Source: an uncultured delta proteobacterium
Lineage (GTDB): Bacteria; Myxococcota_A; Polyangia; Fen-1088
DNA: 64,000 bases
Reading direction: 5' to 3'
NCBI GenBank assembly: GCA_963796685.1
Contig: CAWCMR010000008.1
Coordinates: 672,001-736,000, forward strand
Of this stretch, positions 9,006 through 19,344 are shown one piece after another (position 1 is the first letter of the stretch; every line of letters begins with the position of its first letter). The position numbers and the translations under genes are program-made. The notes below the pieces were generated by a model, which was given only the letters and a program-made list of their open reading frames with translations, searched no databases and had not been told where the DNA came from.

Positions 9006-9691
9006 AAATACAGCCAGTGCCCGAAGCGATGCTTCTTGGTCTTGAGGTAGCGTTCGTTGTCCTTGTGGCTGGAGATCTGCAGCGGTACGCGCTCGACGAT
9101 CCGAATCCCGAGCTTCGCCAGCTTCTCGACCTTTTCGGGATTGTTGGTGAGCAGGCGCAGGCTCTTGACCCCGATCTTCTTCAGCATCTCGGCGGGTACC
9201 ACGTAGTCGCGCTCGTCGGGTAGGAAGCCGAGGGACGTGTTGGCCTCGAGCGTGTCGAGCCCCTTGTCTTGCAGGACGTAGGCGCGCAGCTTGTTGGTAA
9301 GCCCGATACCCCGCCCTTCGGCTTGTTGATAAAGGACCAGGCCGCGGCCTTCGCGTTCGATCGCCGCCAGCGCCGCGTGCAGTTGGTCGCCGCAATCGCA
9401 GCGACGGCTACCGAAGGCATCCCCGGTCAGGCAGGCGGAGTGGATGCGGCAGAGCAGATTCTCGCCTTCGCCGATTTCGCCCTTGAGCACGATGGTGTGA
9501 TCTTTTCCGTCCTTGTTGTTGACGAATCCGAGGATGCGGAAACTGCCGTAGTCGGTGGGAAAGTCCGCAGCGGCGACCAGCTTCACGCACAACTTCTCGG
9601 AACATCCCTCGCATTCCATGTTGGGCGCGCAGTTCTTGAGCGACTGCAGGTCGCGCTGGATGATGGATTCGAGTCGTTCGAGCTCGGTCAT
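9002..9691 (-). CDS. ribA: GTP cyclohydrolase II
   Basis: RIHSACLTGD, RCDCGDQL, EGRGIGL, LTNNPEK. Confidence 0.95.
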   Translation of the reverse strand: MTELERLESIIQRDLQSLKNCAPNMECEGCSEKLCVKLVAAADFPTDYGSFRILGFVNNKDGKDHTIVLKGEIGEGENLLCRIHSACLTGDAFGSRRCDCGDQLHAALAAIEREGRGLVLYQQAEGRGIGLTNKLRAYVLQDKGLDTLEANTSLGFLPDERDYVVPAEMLKKIGVKSLRLLTNNPEKVEKLAKLGIRIVERVPLQISSHKDNERYLKTKKHRFGHWLYF

Positions 9692-9805
9692 GCTTGGATC
9701 CCCGGTGCCTATTCTTCACCGGCGGCCTCGCCCGCGCAAGACAACTTCAAGCCGTGACGATTCGACGACGATCGCGTCCCCGACGATACGCGAAGCCGTG
9801 CCTCG

Positions 9806-12800
9806 CTATTCCTCCTCGCGCCCGTGGAAGCCGGGCGCGAAGAGACGTGCGATGCGCGCGGGATCGCGCACGCCCTGATTCGCCATCCAACCGTTGGAGC
9901 GGGCGCGCAGCTCTTCGCCCCGCCGGCCTCCGGTGAGCTCGCCCAGCCACCTGCGCCCGGACTCGGCCAGAAGCAGCGCCCCCGCCGCCTCGGCGGTCGC
10001 GACGGCGCGGTCGAGAGCAAAGAGCCCATGGTTGCGCTCGGCACCCGGCGAAAGCCAGCGCACGCCGGCCTCGAGGGCTGCGCCCATGGCCACGCCGGTC
10101 TGGTGCTCGGCCTTGCGCAACCTGCGCGCGCACTTGTGAGCCGTCACCAGGAAGGGCTTCCGCGCCCCGGGGACGACCTTCTCGGCCATCGCCAGCGCGA
10201 CCCGGCCGGAGATCCAAGCGTGCTCGATGCGAACGCCGCTGACATGGAACAACCCCGAGTGCTGAAGTCGGCGGCGCTCGTCGGAGATCGCCTGCCACGC
10301 CACCTCGGGCTTCTCGCCGTACAGGGCCTGCTCGCAGCGCGCGTAGAGGTGAAAGAAGTGCTGGAGGTGGTACATGTCCTTCGGCCACGCGTCCAAGACC
10401 CCTTCGATCTCCTTGCTCGCACGCGCCGCATCGTCCCGAACCAACCACACCACCGTTTGGTAGGTGCGCAAGTTGGTTCCGAGGAAACGGTCGCCCGTGC
10501 GATCGGCATCGGCGGTGTAGCGATCGAAGCGTTCGCACAGCTCGCGAATCCGCCCCGCCAGCCGTAAGGAAAAGCAGGTGAAGGAGCGCGCCGTCGCCAG
10601 CTCCCAGCTCACGCCACGGCAGTGGCCGAGGAAATGCTGTTCGACGGCCATCAGATCGTTGGCTGCGGCGTCGAACTCGCCGGCGAAATAGCGCACCAGG
10701 GCCTTGCACAACCTGGCCATGCCGATGGTCGCGGGATCGGACGATCGCCTCGCCAGCACCTCGGCCTCCGACGCCAAGCGCGTGGCCCAGCCGAAGCGCG
10801 ATCCGCCGAGCACGGCAAGTTGCCCCGCCAGCGCCGACAGGCCCTGGGCCACACGTCGAAGATCCCCGGACTCGAGCGCCAGCATGAGGAAGCGCAGCAG
10901 GAAATCGTCGGCCCTGAGCGTGTCCACCACGCTCAGGCCGATGTTGGCGGCCCACAGCACGTCGAGGAGATGCTTGTCCTTGGCGGACAGGCTCGATGCC
11001 GGTCGTTCGACGAAGCCGACGCCACGCAGACGCAGCCGCATCACCCGCCAGCCGACCGACAAGGCCGCGCTGCGCGCGCTTGGCGCCAGGCGAAGGCCCG
11101 CCTCCGCGAGAACCCCGCCGAGCACCTCGAGCCCGCGCGTAATCTCTCCCCCGCGCAACAACTGCTCGGCCGCGAGGTGACGGAGACGGGAAGCCTGCGC
11201 GGGGTCGCCGAGCGCCGCCGCGCCTTGGTAGGCTTCCGCAGCGAGGATCGCGCACCCGTTGCTCGCCTGGCATTCGCCCACGGCACGCAACAGATCGGCA
11301 CGCATGGAGGCATCGGTTTCGAGCTCGGCAGCAGTCTGGTAGAGCTGCGCGGCCCGGTCGAATGCCAGCTTGCCTCGCGCCTCGGCCGCGGCCTCGCATG
11401 CGTAGCGCTTGGCCCGCTCGGGATCGTCGGCGGACAGCCAGTAGCGGGCCAGCATGTCGCTGCGCTCGTGGTCCCATTGCTCGACCGCCTGGGCCAGTCG
11501 CGCATTCAGCTGGCGCGACGTCGCCTCGTCGAGGCTGCCCGACACCACCTCGCGAATTCGGTCGTGGTAGGGCTCGACCAGGTCCGAGCCTTGCCGCCCT
11601 CGCCGCCTGACCATGCTCTCTTCCACGAGCGCGGAGATTCCCCGCTCCCATTCCTCGGACCCGAGCACGAGCCCGGCAGCCGCGGCCAGTGCTCGCTGGG
11701 GCAAGGGATCGCCTGCCAGCGCGACAACCTGGAGCAGGCGCCGACTCTCCGGGGGCAGGCTGCCCACGCGTTCGAGAATCATGCTGTCCAGGCGAAAGGC
11801 ATTGCCCTCGAGAGCCGTTTCGGCGCCATGCCGCGACGAGGTCAGCGTGCGCAGGTGGTGCACGATCTCGATGACGAAGAAGGGATTGCCTCCGGCCTCC
11901 TGAACGGCGGCGTCCGCGATGCGGCGTCGGATCACGGGCGCGATGGCTGCCTCGTCGAGAAGATGTTCCACCAAGGCACGCGTGTTGTCCGGCGAAAGCG
12001 GGGCGAGCGAAAGGGTCTGCACACCCGGCTGTTCGACGATCTCGCGCAGCAACGGATCCATCGCGGCGTCGTCGCCGGATTTGCGAAAGCTCGCGATGAG
12101 CAGCAGAGCCGGCGCCCCGGGCTGCTGGATGATCGCACGCAGGAGAGAGAAGCTGTCGCGATCGGCCCATTGCAGGTCATCGATGAAGACGACCAGGGGC
12201 TGCGTGCGCGCCATGCGTTTGAGAAGCTCGCAAAAGGCGACGAAGGCCTGGTTGCGCAGCTCCCTGGCATCGCGCAACGCAGGCAGGAAGTAACGCTTGT
12301 GCTCGGTGAGCTTGAGCCGGCGCAGGACCGGGAAGATCTCGCTCAGATAGAGAATGCCGTCGGGCAGAACGTAGGCCTGGTCGTCCGCGCTCAGGTTGGC
12401 CAGGCGGTAGCTCAGGCCATCGACCACGTGGTCGAGTGCCTTGAAGGCAAGCGTTTCGCGTTCGTGACATCGCCCGCGCAGCACGAGCGGCAAGGAGGCG
12501 CCCCCGCTTCCGCTCTGCAAATCATCGAGAAAAGCCTCGACGAGGCAGGTCTTGCCGATGCCGGAGCTCCCTTCCACCACCACCACCGCCGGCTCACCCT
12601 TGCGCATCTTGGAGTAGGCGCGACCGAGGGCGGTCAGTTCCTGCTCGCGGCCGAACACACTTTGGGCGGGCACGGTCAGTGGCGTGTAACGGCCCGGACG
12701 GACCTTGGCGCCGGTGTCGGGGAAGGCGCCAAGACGAGCCAGAATCTCCGCGCCCGATGGCCGCTGCAGAGGATCGCGGTGAATCAGGCGCATGCACAGC

Positions 12801-13519
12801 TCGCTGAGCAGCTCGTTGGCCCGCGGCTCGAGCTGCGTCGGGGGTGGGGGATCCTCGGTCTGCTTCTTGAGCAAGACATCGAACAGCGCGCCTTCGAAAG
12901 GACAACGCCCCGTGAGCACCTCGTAGATCATGATGCCGACGGCGTACCAATCGGCCGCGGGCACGCACGGTCTTTCCAGGGCCTGTTCGGGAGCCATGTA
13001 GGCCGGTGTTCCCGACAGGCCGCCCGAGGAGATCGAACCGCTGCCCGTCTGTTTGGCCAATCCGAAATCCAAGATCACGACACGGCCCTGTTCGGTCACC
13101 AGGACGTTTGGTGGCTTGAGATCGCGGTGGATGCAGCCGGCCTCGTGCATGGCATGAACCCCGACGCACAGTTGTTGAACCGAGGACAGAGTGCGATCGC
13201 ATCCCGCAACGTTCGAGGCGGCTCGCGAACCGAGCACGAAGCGGTCGAAAGGCACGCCCTCCACGTACTCCATGGTGAAGAACCACAGCGTCCCCTCCGA
13301 GATGAGCTCGTAGAGCGTCACCAGGTTCGGGTGTTTGATGTCGGCCACCGCGCGGAACTCGCGCTTGAACCGATAGAGATCGGTACCACTCGACAGCTTG
13401 AGGGTCTTGAGCGCGACCTCGGTCCCGAGTTGCTCGTCGAAGACCAGGTGAACGCTGCCCATTCCGCCCGTGCCTAGAAGGCGAATGGGCCTGAATCTCG
13501 AAGTTCCGGAGAAGAACAT
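9806..13519 (-). CDS. Ser/Thr protein kinase with AAA/STAND ATPase and TPR-like region
   Basis: GTGGMG, HRDLKPPN, DFG, GTPAYMAPE; Walker A GSSGIGKT; Walker B VVFIDD. Confidence 0.9.
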   Translation of the reverse strand: MFFSGTSRFRPIRLLGTGGMGSVHLVFDEQLGTEVALKTLKLSSGTDLYRFKREFRAVADIKHPNLVTLYELISEGTLWFFTMEYVEGVPFDRFVLGSRAASNVAGCDRTLSSVQQLCVGVHAMHEAGCIHRDLKPPNVLVTEQGRVVILDFGLAKQTGSGSISSGGLSGTPAYMAPEQALERPCVPAADWYAVGIMIYEVLTGRCPFEGALFDVLLKKQTEDPPPPTQLEPRANELLSELCMRLIHRDPLQRPSGAEILARLGAFPDTGAKVRPGRYTPLTVPAQSVFGREQELTALGRAYSKMRKGEPAVVVVEGSSGIGKTCLVEAFLDDLQSGSGGASLPLVLRGRCHERETLAFKALDHVVDGLSYRLANLSADDQAYVLPDGILYLSEIFPVLRRLKLTEHKRYFLPALRDARELRNQAFVAFCELLKRMARTQPLVVFIDDLQWADRDSFSLLRAIIQQPGAPALLLIASFRKSGDDAAMDPLLREIVEQPGVQTLSLAPLSPDNTRALVEHLLDEAAIAPVIRRRIADAAVQEAGGNPFFVIEIVHHLRTLTSSRHGAETALEGNAFRLDSMILERVGSLPPESRRLLQVVALAGDPLPQRALAAAAGLVLGSEEWERGISALVEESMVRRRGRQGSDLVEPYHDRIREVVSGSLDEATSRQLNARLAQAVEQWDHERSDMLARYWLSADDPERAKRYACEAAAEARGKLAFDRAAQLYQTAAELETDASMRADLLRAVGECQASNGCAILAAEAYQGAAALGDPAQASRLRHLAAEQLLRGGEITRGLEVLGGVLAEAGLRLAPSARSAALSVGWRVMRLRLRGVGFVERPASSLSAKDKHLLDVLWAANIGLSVVDTLRADDFLLRFLMLALESGDLRRVAQGLSALAGQLAVLGGSRFGWATRLASEAEVLARRSSDPATIGMARLCKALVRYFAGEFDAAANDLMAVEQHFLGHCRGVSWELATARSFTCFSLRLAGRIRELCERFDRYTADADRTGDRFLGTNLRTYQTVVWLVRDDAARASKEIEGVLDAWPKDMYHLQHFFHLYARCEQALYGEKPEVAWQAISDERRRLQHSGLFHVSGVRIEHAWISGRVALAMAEKVVPGARKPFLVTAHKCARRLRKAEHQTGVAMGAALEAGVRWLSPGAERNHGLFALDRAVATAEAAGALLLAESGRRWLGELTGGRRGEELRARSNGWMANQGVRDPARIARLFAPGFHGREEE

Positions 13520-13753
13520 AGATAGAGGACAGACGACGCGAGGAGCCAGCCCGGACAACACCGTACCACGGAACCGGGGTACGTGGAGGCTTGGACACCA
13601 GAACACACCGCTGCTTGATGGAGGCCCAAAAGCGACATCCTGCTACTTTGCGGGAGAGACGCCCACAAATGCCGCGGGACCGACCCAACAACGCCGCCTG
13701 TTGTCACAATAGATTGCTGGTAGCCAAAAATGCGCTCATTGGACGCGTCAACG

Positions 13754-13779
13754 ACAGTCATGCAATACAGTCATGCAAT
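13754..13779. repeat. Perfect 13-bp tandem direct repeat (ACAGTCATGCAAT x2)
   Basis: Seen directly in the AT-rich divergent intergenic region. Confidence 0.7.
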
Positions 13780-14023
13780 AAGGTGCACTTCGTACTTGAA
13801 ATAGACGAAAACCGTATAACTATTTTCCTAGCCTCACTGTTCAACGTCCAACGATTGCAGTATCATCGCTCGGCTCGAACCCATTTCACGAACTCCTGCG
13901 GGGCCTTCGGGTGAAGAGACTCATGGCAATTGAATCATCCTGCATTTCTCGAGCTCATCCACAACGAGACGCGCGCGTGCGTACCCGCACCGTCGCTCAT
14001 TCGGGGCCAAGGTGGCCGCAGCC

Positions 14024-15310
14024 ATGACACCATCCGAGGACCTGGAATCGAGCGCGGAACGCGCGCGCATCGTGGATGCGGAGTTCGACATTCACGCGGT
14101 CCTCGAAGCCCGCAGCATGCTGAGCCACTTTCAGCCAATCATTTCCATCCGCGAGAAGAAGGTGATCGGGCTCGAAGCCCTGGTCCGTGCAACCAACCCG
14201 AAAAGCGGCAAACCGATTTCGCCCAACTACCTTTTCGACGCCGCGGCCAGACACCGACAATCGCTGCAGCTGGACCGAATGTGTCGCGAAGCCGCGATCT
14301 CGGGTTTTGCAACCCTGGCCAGCCTGGATCCCGATCTCATTCTGTTCGTCAATGTGGACGTGTCCAGCCTGGGCCGATCGGTTGCCGAGTCCAATGCGCT
14401 CATCAGGCTGACCGAGGAATACGGCATTCCTTCGGAGCGCGTGGCCATCGAAATCATCGAGTCCAAGATTCGCGACGCCTCCGCCTTGCAACGCTTCATC
14501 GCCAACCACCGTAGGCGCGGTTTTCTCATTGCCCTGGACGACATGGGCGCCGGCCACTCCAATCTCGAGCGCATCCCCAGCATCAAGCCGGATATCATCA
14601 AGCTCGATCGATCGCTCATCCAGAATATCGACCGCGAGTACCACAAGCAGGAGCTCTTCGACTTCTTCATCAAGCTGGCCCAAAGGATCGGCGTCTTCGT
14701 CATCGTCGAGGGCATCGAAACCGAGGCCGAGGCTCTGTCGTGTCTGGAACGCGGCGCGGATCTCGTGCAAGGCTTCTACTTCGCCTACCCACAGCCTCCG
14801 GCAAAGACCTGTCTGGAGAGCGGGCTCGACTACGCCAGCCGCCTGCGCTCGGTGCTGACCGAGCACATGGTGCAACGATTCACCCAGCGCAAGACGATGT
14901 ACAAGACCTACAACGATATCGCCAGCCGGATCACCGCCGTGGTGGAGATGAGCGATCCCGCTGCCTACGAAACCATGCTCGAACATGCTCTCAAGCGTTT
15001 CCCCTCCGCCGAATGTGCCTACGTCATCCACGAGTCGGGGCGCCAGATCACGCGAACCGTGTTCAATCCCTCGTGCAACCAGCGCAAACGAACGGCGCTG
15101 TTCGGGCCCGCGCCGGCGGGTGGCAACCAAAGCGCCAAGGACTACTTCATGTACCTCGGCAAGAACCAGCGCCACTACGTGACCCGGCCCTATGTCTCGG
15201 TCGCCACGGGCAACGTCTGCGTCACCATCTCGAACCGCGTCAGTCTGTCCTCGGGAGAAACCTACGTGGTTTGCGTCGACATCCATCTCGGCGAGAACGT
15301 CCCCTCGTAG
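14024..15310 (+). CDS. EAL c-di-GMP phosphodiesterase with YkuI-like C-terminal sensor domain
   Basis: FQPI, EAL, IEIIE, DDMGAG, IKLD, EGIE, QGF; C-terminal PYVSVATGNVCVTIS. Confidence 0.85.
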   Translation: MTPSEDLESSAERARIVDAEFDIHAVLEARSMLSHFQPIISIREKKVIGLEALVRATNPKSGKPISPNYLFDAAARHRQSLQLDRMCREAAISGFATLASLDPDLILFVNVDVSSLGRSVAESNALIRLTEEYGIPSERVAIEIIESKIRDASALQRFIANHRRRGFLIALDDMGAGHSNLERIPSIKPDIIKLDRSLIQNIDREYHKQELFDFFIKLAQRIGVFVIVEGIETEAEALSCLERGADLVQGFYFAYPQPPAKTCLESGLDYASRLRSVLTEHMVQRFTQRKTMYKTYNDIASRITAVVEMSDPAAYETMLEHALKRFPSAECAYVIHESGRQITRTVFNPSCNQRKRTALFGPAPAGGNQSAKDYFMYLGKNQRHYVTRPYVSVATGNVCVTISNRVSLSSGETYVVCVDIHLGENVPS

Positions 15311-15393
15311 GAGCAGGGGATCGTTTTCCCATACCCATGGCCAGGGAAAGCGACCATGATTGTCGCCCAAAGGACATCGGAAGAGGACATTGA

Positions 15394-16251
15394 ATGACAA
15401 GCACAATGCTCGGTGGGCTGGCGCTCATCGATTCCACGGGTCGAGCCATCCTTGCCACGACGATCACCACGCTGGTGCTGGGCATCGTCACGAACCTCTG
15501 GCTGCGCGCTCGCTACGCGGCCCTGGAAAAGGAGCTGAGCCACGCCCCCGATAGCGAGGCGACCCTTTCGCATGCCGTCCTCCGGCACGTCGTGCGCGAC
15601 ACGATGGAGGCAGCCGGTCGATCGCGCGAGGTCAACACCCAGGCCATCATCGACGAGCGCTTCCAATCCGATCTTCGGCCCATGCTACTCGCCGAACGCT
15701 TCATCCGATCGGCCACCGGCCTGGTCATCATCCTGGGTCTGCTCGGCACCTTCTACGGGCTCACGCTGTCGATCGGTAAAATCGTCCATCTGGTCGGGGC
15801 CGAGACCACCGGCGCAGCCGACGTGGCCCAAGGGGTCAGCCAGGGTCTGACCAACGCCCTGTCCGGCATGGCGGTGGCCTTCTCGAACTCGCTTGTCGGC
15901 ATTCTGTCCGCCGTCGTGCTCACCGTGGTCGGAGTCCTGTCGAATGTCTCGGATCGGCGGACCGCCGTGATGGTCAAGATTGAAACCTACCTCGACCGCC
16001 TCCGCGCACAGCGACCGGGCGCCGGCGCAACGACGGACCTGGCCGGATTCGGTCCCGCCATTGCGCTTCTCGACGGCGCGGTCGCGCGCTTCGAAGGCGC
16101 CCTGCAGAGCTTCGCCACCACGACCAAGGACTTTCACGACTTCAATACGCACCTCAAGGACAACGTTCAGCGCCTCAGCCTGACCTTCGCCGACATGAGC
16201 GACTCGCTGAAAACGCAGCTCGTCACCTTCGGATCCGGTCGCAAGGTCTAG
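15394..16251 (+). CDS. MotA/TolQ/ExbB (ZorA-like) proton channel subunit
   Basis: LGLLGTFYGL and GMAVAFSNSLVG TM motifs; helical tail. Confidence 0.8.
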   Translation: MTSTMLGGLALIDSTGRAILATTITTLVLGIVTNLWLRARYAALEKELSHAPDSEATLSHAVLRHVVRDTMEAAGRSREVNTQAIIDERFQSDLRPMLLAERFIRSATGLVIILGLLGTFYGLTLSIGKIVHLVGAETTGAADVAQGVSQGLTNALSGMAVAFSNSLVGILSAVVLTVVGVLSNVSDRRTAVMVKIETYLDRLRAQRPGAGATTDLAGFGPAIALLDGAVARFEGALQSFATTTKDFHDFNTHLKDNVQRLSLTFADMSDSLKTQLVTFGSGRKV

Positions 16252-16263
16252 GGGGGAAGTCCT

Positions 16264-17166
16264 GTGCGCTCCCGACGACCGCTCATGTCCGATCACGATG
16301 GCACGCGTGAGATCTGGCCCGCGTTCACGGACGTCATGTCGACCATGGCGCTCATCATGTTCGTGCTCGTCTTGCTGGCCTACGTCCGCAACCTGATCAG
16401 CGAAAAGCGCATGCACGACTTTCAGCAGGCCATCGCGGCCTCGGAACGCCAGCTCAAGTCCGTGCAGGCCGAGGTCCTGGCCGGCCGGGCCGAGCTTGCG
16501 GCATCCCAGCGCCGGCTACTGGATCAGCAGGCGGTCGTGGCCGACAGCAATCGCCAGCTCGGCAATCTGCGCGCCCAACTGCAAAGCATCGCTGTCCTGC
16601 GCGTCTCGGTGCTCGACAAGTTGAAGACCGCCATCGAAGCCCAGCTTGGACGCGCCAGCGCGAGCAGCGGTCAAATCGTCACCATCGGCGACAACGGCGA
16701 CATCGCGGTCAACGAGAGCCTGGTGTTCGAATACAACTCGTATGCCATCAAGAAGCTGGCCAAGCCCTTCCTGGATTCCCTGGCCAAAGCCCTCGGCAAC
16801 CTGCTCGCCGACGAGACGGTGCGCGAGAACATCGACACCATCGTCATCCAGGGCCACACCGACGAGCGCGGGTCGGCCACCTTCAACTGGGATCTTTCGG
16901 CCAAGCGCGCCACCGCCGTGCTCGATTACCTGTTCCAAACCAACAAGACACTGGCCGATACGTATGGCAGCTACTTCGCCGCCAGCGCTTTTTCGAAGTT
17001 CCGTCCCGTCAACCGCGAGCAGACCGAGGCGGCCTACCAACAGAACCGCCGCATCGAGATCTCGGTCGTGCCCAAGGACGCCAATGTGCGTAAGGTGATC
17101 GAGGACTACATGCAGGGCAGCGCCCCCGGATTGGCGCCAGCGGGCCAGCCCACGCACGCGCCGTAG
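16264..17166 (+). CDS. MotB/OmpA (ZorB-like) peptidoglycan-binding subunit
   Basis: WPAFTDVM TM Asp; coiled coil; GHTD...NWDLSAKRA...NRRIEI. Confidence 0.85.
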   Translation: MRSRRPLMSDHDGTREIWPAFTDVMSTMALIMFVLVLLAYVRNLISEKRMHDFQQAIAASERQLKSVQAEVLAGRAELAASQRRLLDQQAVVADSNRQLGNLRAQLQSIAVLRVSVLDKLKTAIEAQLGRASASSGQIVTIGDNGDIAVNESLVFEYNSYAIKKLAKPFLDSLAKALGNLLADETVRENIDTIVIQGHTDERGSATFNWDLSAKRATAVLDYLFQTNKTLADTYGSYFAASAFSKFRPVNREQTEAAYQQNRRIEISVVPKDANVRKVIEDYMQGSAPGLAPAGQPTHAP

Positions 17167-17177
17167 GGCCTGGTCGC

Positions 17178-17229
17178 ACCGTGGCCGTGGCCGGTTGTAA
17201 TTGCCTTCGGCGACGACCACGGCCACGGT
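17178..17229. repeat. 13-bp perfect inverted repeat (hairpin) after the motB-like gene
   Basis: ACCGTGGCCGTGG ... CCACGGCCACGGT. Confidence 0.6.
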
Positions 17230-17398
17230 AAGGCGTCTACGTTCACGACCACCCGTCATCGTTCCGATTGGGTGCGAGCATCCGTCGTGGAAAGGTGTCT
17301 CTTTCTGGTACCTTTCGCGCTGTCGCTCCTCTTGTCGCGGGATTGCGAATCGAGCACGGCCGCTATGATGCCACGCTGATTGGGGTAGAATCGAGCAA

Positions 17399-19081
17399 GT
17401 GTTCGAGCGAGCCAGACGGTCGATTCGCGGCGTGCAAGACGCGCTCGCTGGTCCCGTTTCCTGGCGCGGCCTGGGCATGCTCTTCGTTGCCGCGCTGGCG
17501 GTCAGACTGGCGCACGTCCTGGCCATGACTGCGAGCCCGTACTTCATCCATCCCGTCGTGGACTCGGCCGACTACGCCGCCATCGGTTGGTCCATTGCGC
17601 GGGGTCATGGCTACCCTGACCCCATCTTCTGGCATCCGCCCGGCTACCCGTGTTTCCTGGGTGCGGTCTGGTGGATCGTGGGCGACTCCTTCCTTGCCCC
17701 ACGGCTGGTGCAAGCGTGGTTGGGTGCCATGAACGTCGTCTTCATTGCGTGGCTGGGCGGGCGTCTCTTCGGCCGAAGGGTCGGCCTGGCCAGTGGCTGG
17801 GCGGCAGCCATCTATGGAATGCTCATCTACTTCGACGGCGAGTTGCTGACCCCCACGCTGGCCATCTTCGCGATCCTGGCCACAGTGATCGCAACCATGC
17901 TGGCCGAGCAGACCAATCGGCGCGCGGCATGGGCTGGTGCCGGTTTTCTCGGTGGGCTTGCGGGAACCATCATTGCCACATCCCTGGTCGTTCCGGCGAT
18001 CGCGGCCATGGTCGCGCGCAAACGCGCGCCTTGGATGCTACTGGGAACGGCTCTCGCCATCGCACCGCTGACGGCTCACAACCTGATTCAAGGGCACGAA
18101 TTCGTCATCCTCTCATCGAACGGCGGCATCAACTTCTGGATCGGCAACAATCCCAGGTACGACCGGACCGTGAGCATTCGGCCGGATATCGATTGGAAGC
18201 GTCTCACGCAAGAGCCGTCGCGCGCCGGCGTATACGGCCAGGCCGCGGCATCGCGCTACTTCATCGGCAAGTCGCTCGCATGGGCGGCGGCAAACCCCTG
18301 GGCGTTCACGCGCCTGCAGGCACACAAGTTGCGGCTGTTGATGTCCGGCGACGAGGTGTTCCGCGACCACGCCATCTACCCGGCACGTCAGGACTCTCCA
18401 GTATTGAGCCTGCTGCTGTGGAAGATTCCCTTCTTCGCGTTTCCTTTCGGGTTGCTGCTACCGCTCGCTGGGGTTGGATTGTGGGTGGGCTGGCGTCGCG
18501 CCCGATTTCTGGCCGCGTTGGTGCTGGGCCTGTCGGTCGTGGTCCTGGCGTTCTTCGTGACCGCTCGCTACCGAATCGTCCTCGTGCCCTTTCTCCTCAT
18601 CTTCGCGGCGCAGGCCGTTCATTGGTTCGTGGCCGAGGCCGACAGAAGACAGCGCCTGATGGCAGGCACCTACGCGGCCGGGCTCTTTCTCCTGGCGAAT
18701 CTTGGCCAGGGGCCCATGGACAGTCGGATGAACCCGGATGCCGAGTACAGCCTGGCCAGTCAACTCGGAGCGGAAGGTCACATGCAACAGGCCCGGGTTC
18801 TCTTTGAATCCGTGGTCGCGCATCGTCCGGACTATGTGGAAGCCTGGCTCAATCTCGGCGTCTGCTACGACAAGGAAGGCCGGGTCCGCGAAGCGAAGTA
18901 CGCCCTGGCGCGCGCCTTCCAAGTGGATCGCAAAGCGGCGATGGGCATGCTTCAGAAGTTTGCTACGGAGGGCAGTCCCGAAGCGGCCGAGCACATTTTG
19001 TCCCTTCTGCGCGACATGACCGGCGCCGCCGGGGACGGCAAGACACCCGCGGTTCCGCAGCAACTTCAACGCCGGCCTTGA
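17399..19081 (+). CDS. ArnT/PMT-like (GT-C) membrane glycosyltransferase with C-terminal TPR
   Basis: DSADY, HPPGYP, NFWIGNNP, ARYR; TPR EAWLNLG. Confidence 0.75.
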   Translation: MFERARRSIRGVQDALAGPVSWRGLGMLFVAALAVRLAHVLAMTASPYFIHPVVDSADYAAIGWSIARGHGYPDPIFWHPPGYPCFLGAVWWIVGDSFLAPRLVQAWLGAMNVVFIAWLGGRLFGRRVGLASGWAAAIYGMLIYFDGELLTPTLAIFAILATVIATMLAEQTNRRAAWAGAGFLGGLAGTIIATSLVVPAIAAMVARKRAPWMLLGTALAIAPLTAHNLIQGHEFVILSSNGGINFWIGNNPRYDRTVSIRPDIDWKRLTQEPSRAGVYGQAAASRYFIGKSLAWAAANPWAFTRLQAHKLRLLMSGDEVFRDHAIYPARQDSPVLSLLLWKIPFFAFPFGLLLPLAGVGLWVGWRRARFLAALVLGLSVVVLAFFVTARYRIVLVPFLLIFAAQAVHWFVAEADRRQRLMAGTYAAGLFLLANLGQGPMDSRMNPDAEYSLASQLGAEGHMQQARVLFESVVAHRPDYVEAWLNLGVCYDKEGRVREAKYALARAFQVDRKAAMGMLQKFATEGSPEAAEHILSLLRDMTGAAGDGKTPAVPQQLQRRP

Positions 19082-19133
19082 CAGCTTCGCGGAGGCTCAC
19101 TAGGGTGCGCTTCGTTCTGAAAATCGAATAGCC

Positions 19134-19295
19134 ATCGCGAAATGGGGAAGCCGGTGTGAATCCGGCGCGGTCCCGCCACTGTAAAGGAGAAGAAGGCTCT
19201 CGTATCGCCACTGGGGGTGAAAACCCCGGGAAGGGGAGAGCCGACGCCACGCGACTTGGTCGCGTTGCTCCTGAGCCAGGATATCCACTCGCGAT
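19134..19295 (+). ncRNA. Cobalamin riboswitch
   Basis: GGGAAGCCGGTGTGAATCCGGCGCGGTCCCGCCACTGT, GCCACTG...GGGAAG and B12-box GAGCCAGGA, upstream of btuB/cobT. Confidence 0.9.
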
Positions 19296-19344
19296 AGTTG
19301 AGCTCTCGATGTCCTTCCGCGGAGAAGGTCTGCTGGTGTGAACC

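Noticed and set aside
6780-13477. Long antisense/alternate-frame ORFs (6780-9395, 9747-12170, 10622-13477)
   Set aside because: Shadow ORFs of GC-rich genes with Arg/Ala/Gly-rich translations and no motifs
13620-14020. c-di-GMP riboswitch before the EAL gene
   Set aside because: No GEMM-type conserved elements recognised
15394-17166. Complete Zorya defence system
   Set aside because: No zorC/D/E adjacent and the A-subunit tail is short; kept only as a ZorAB-like pair
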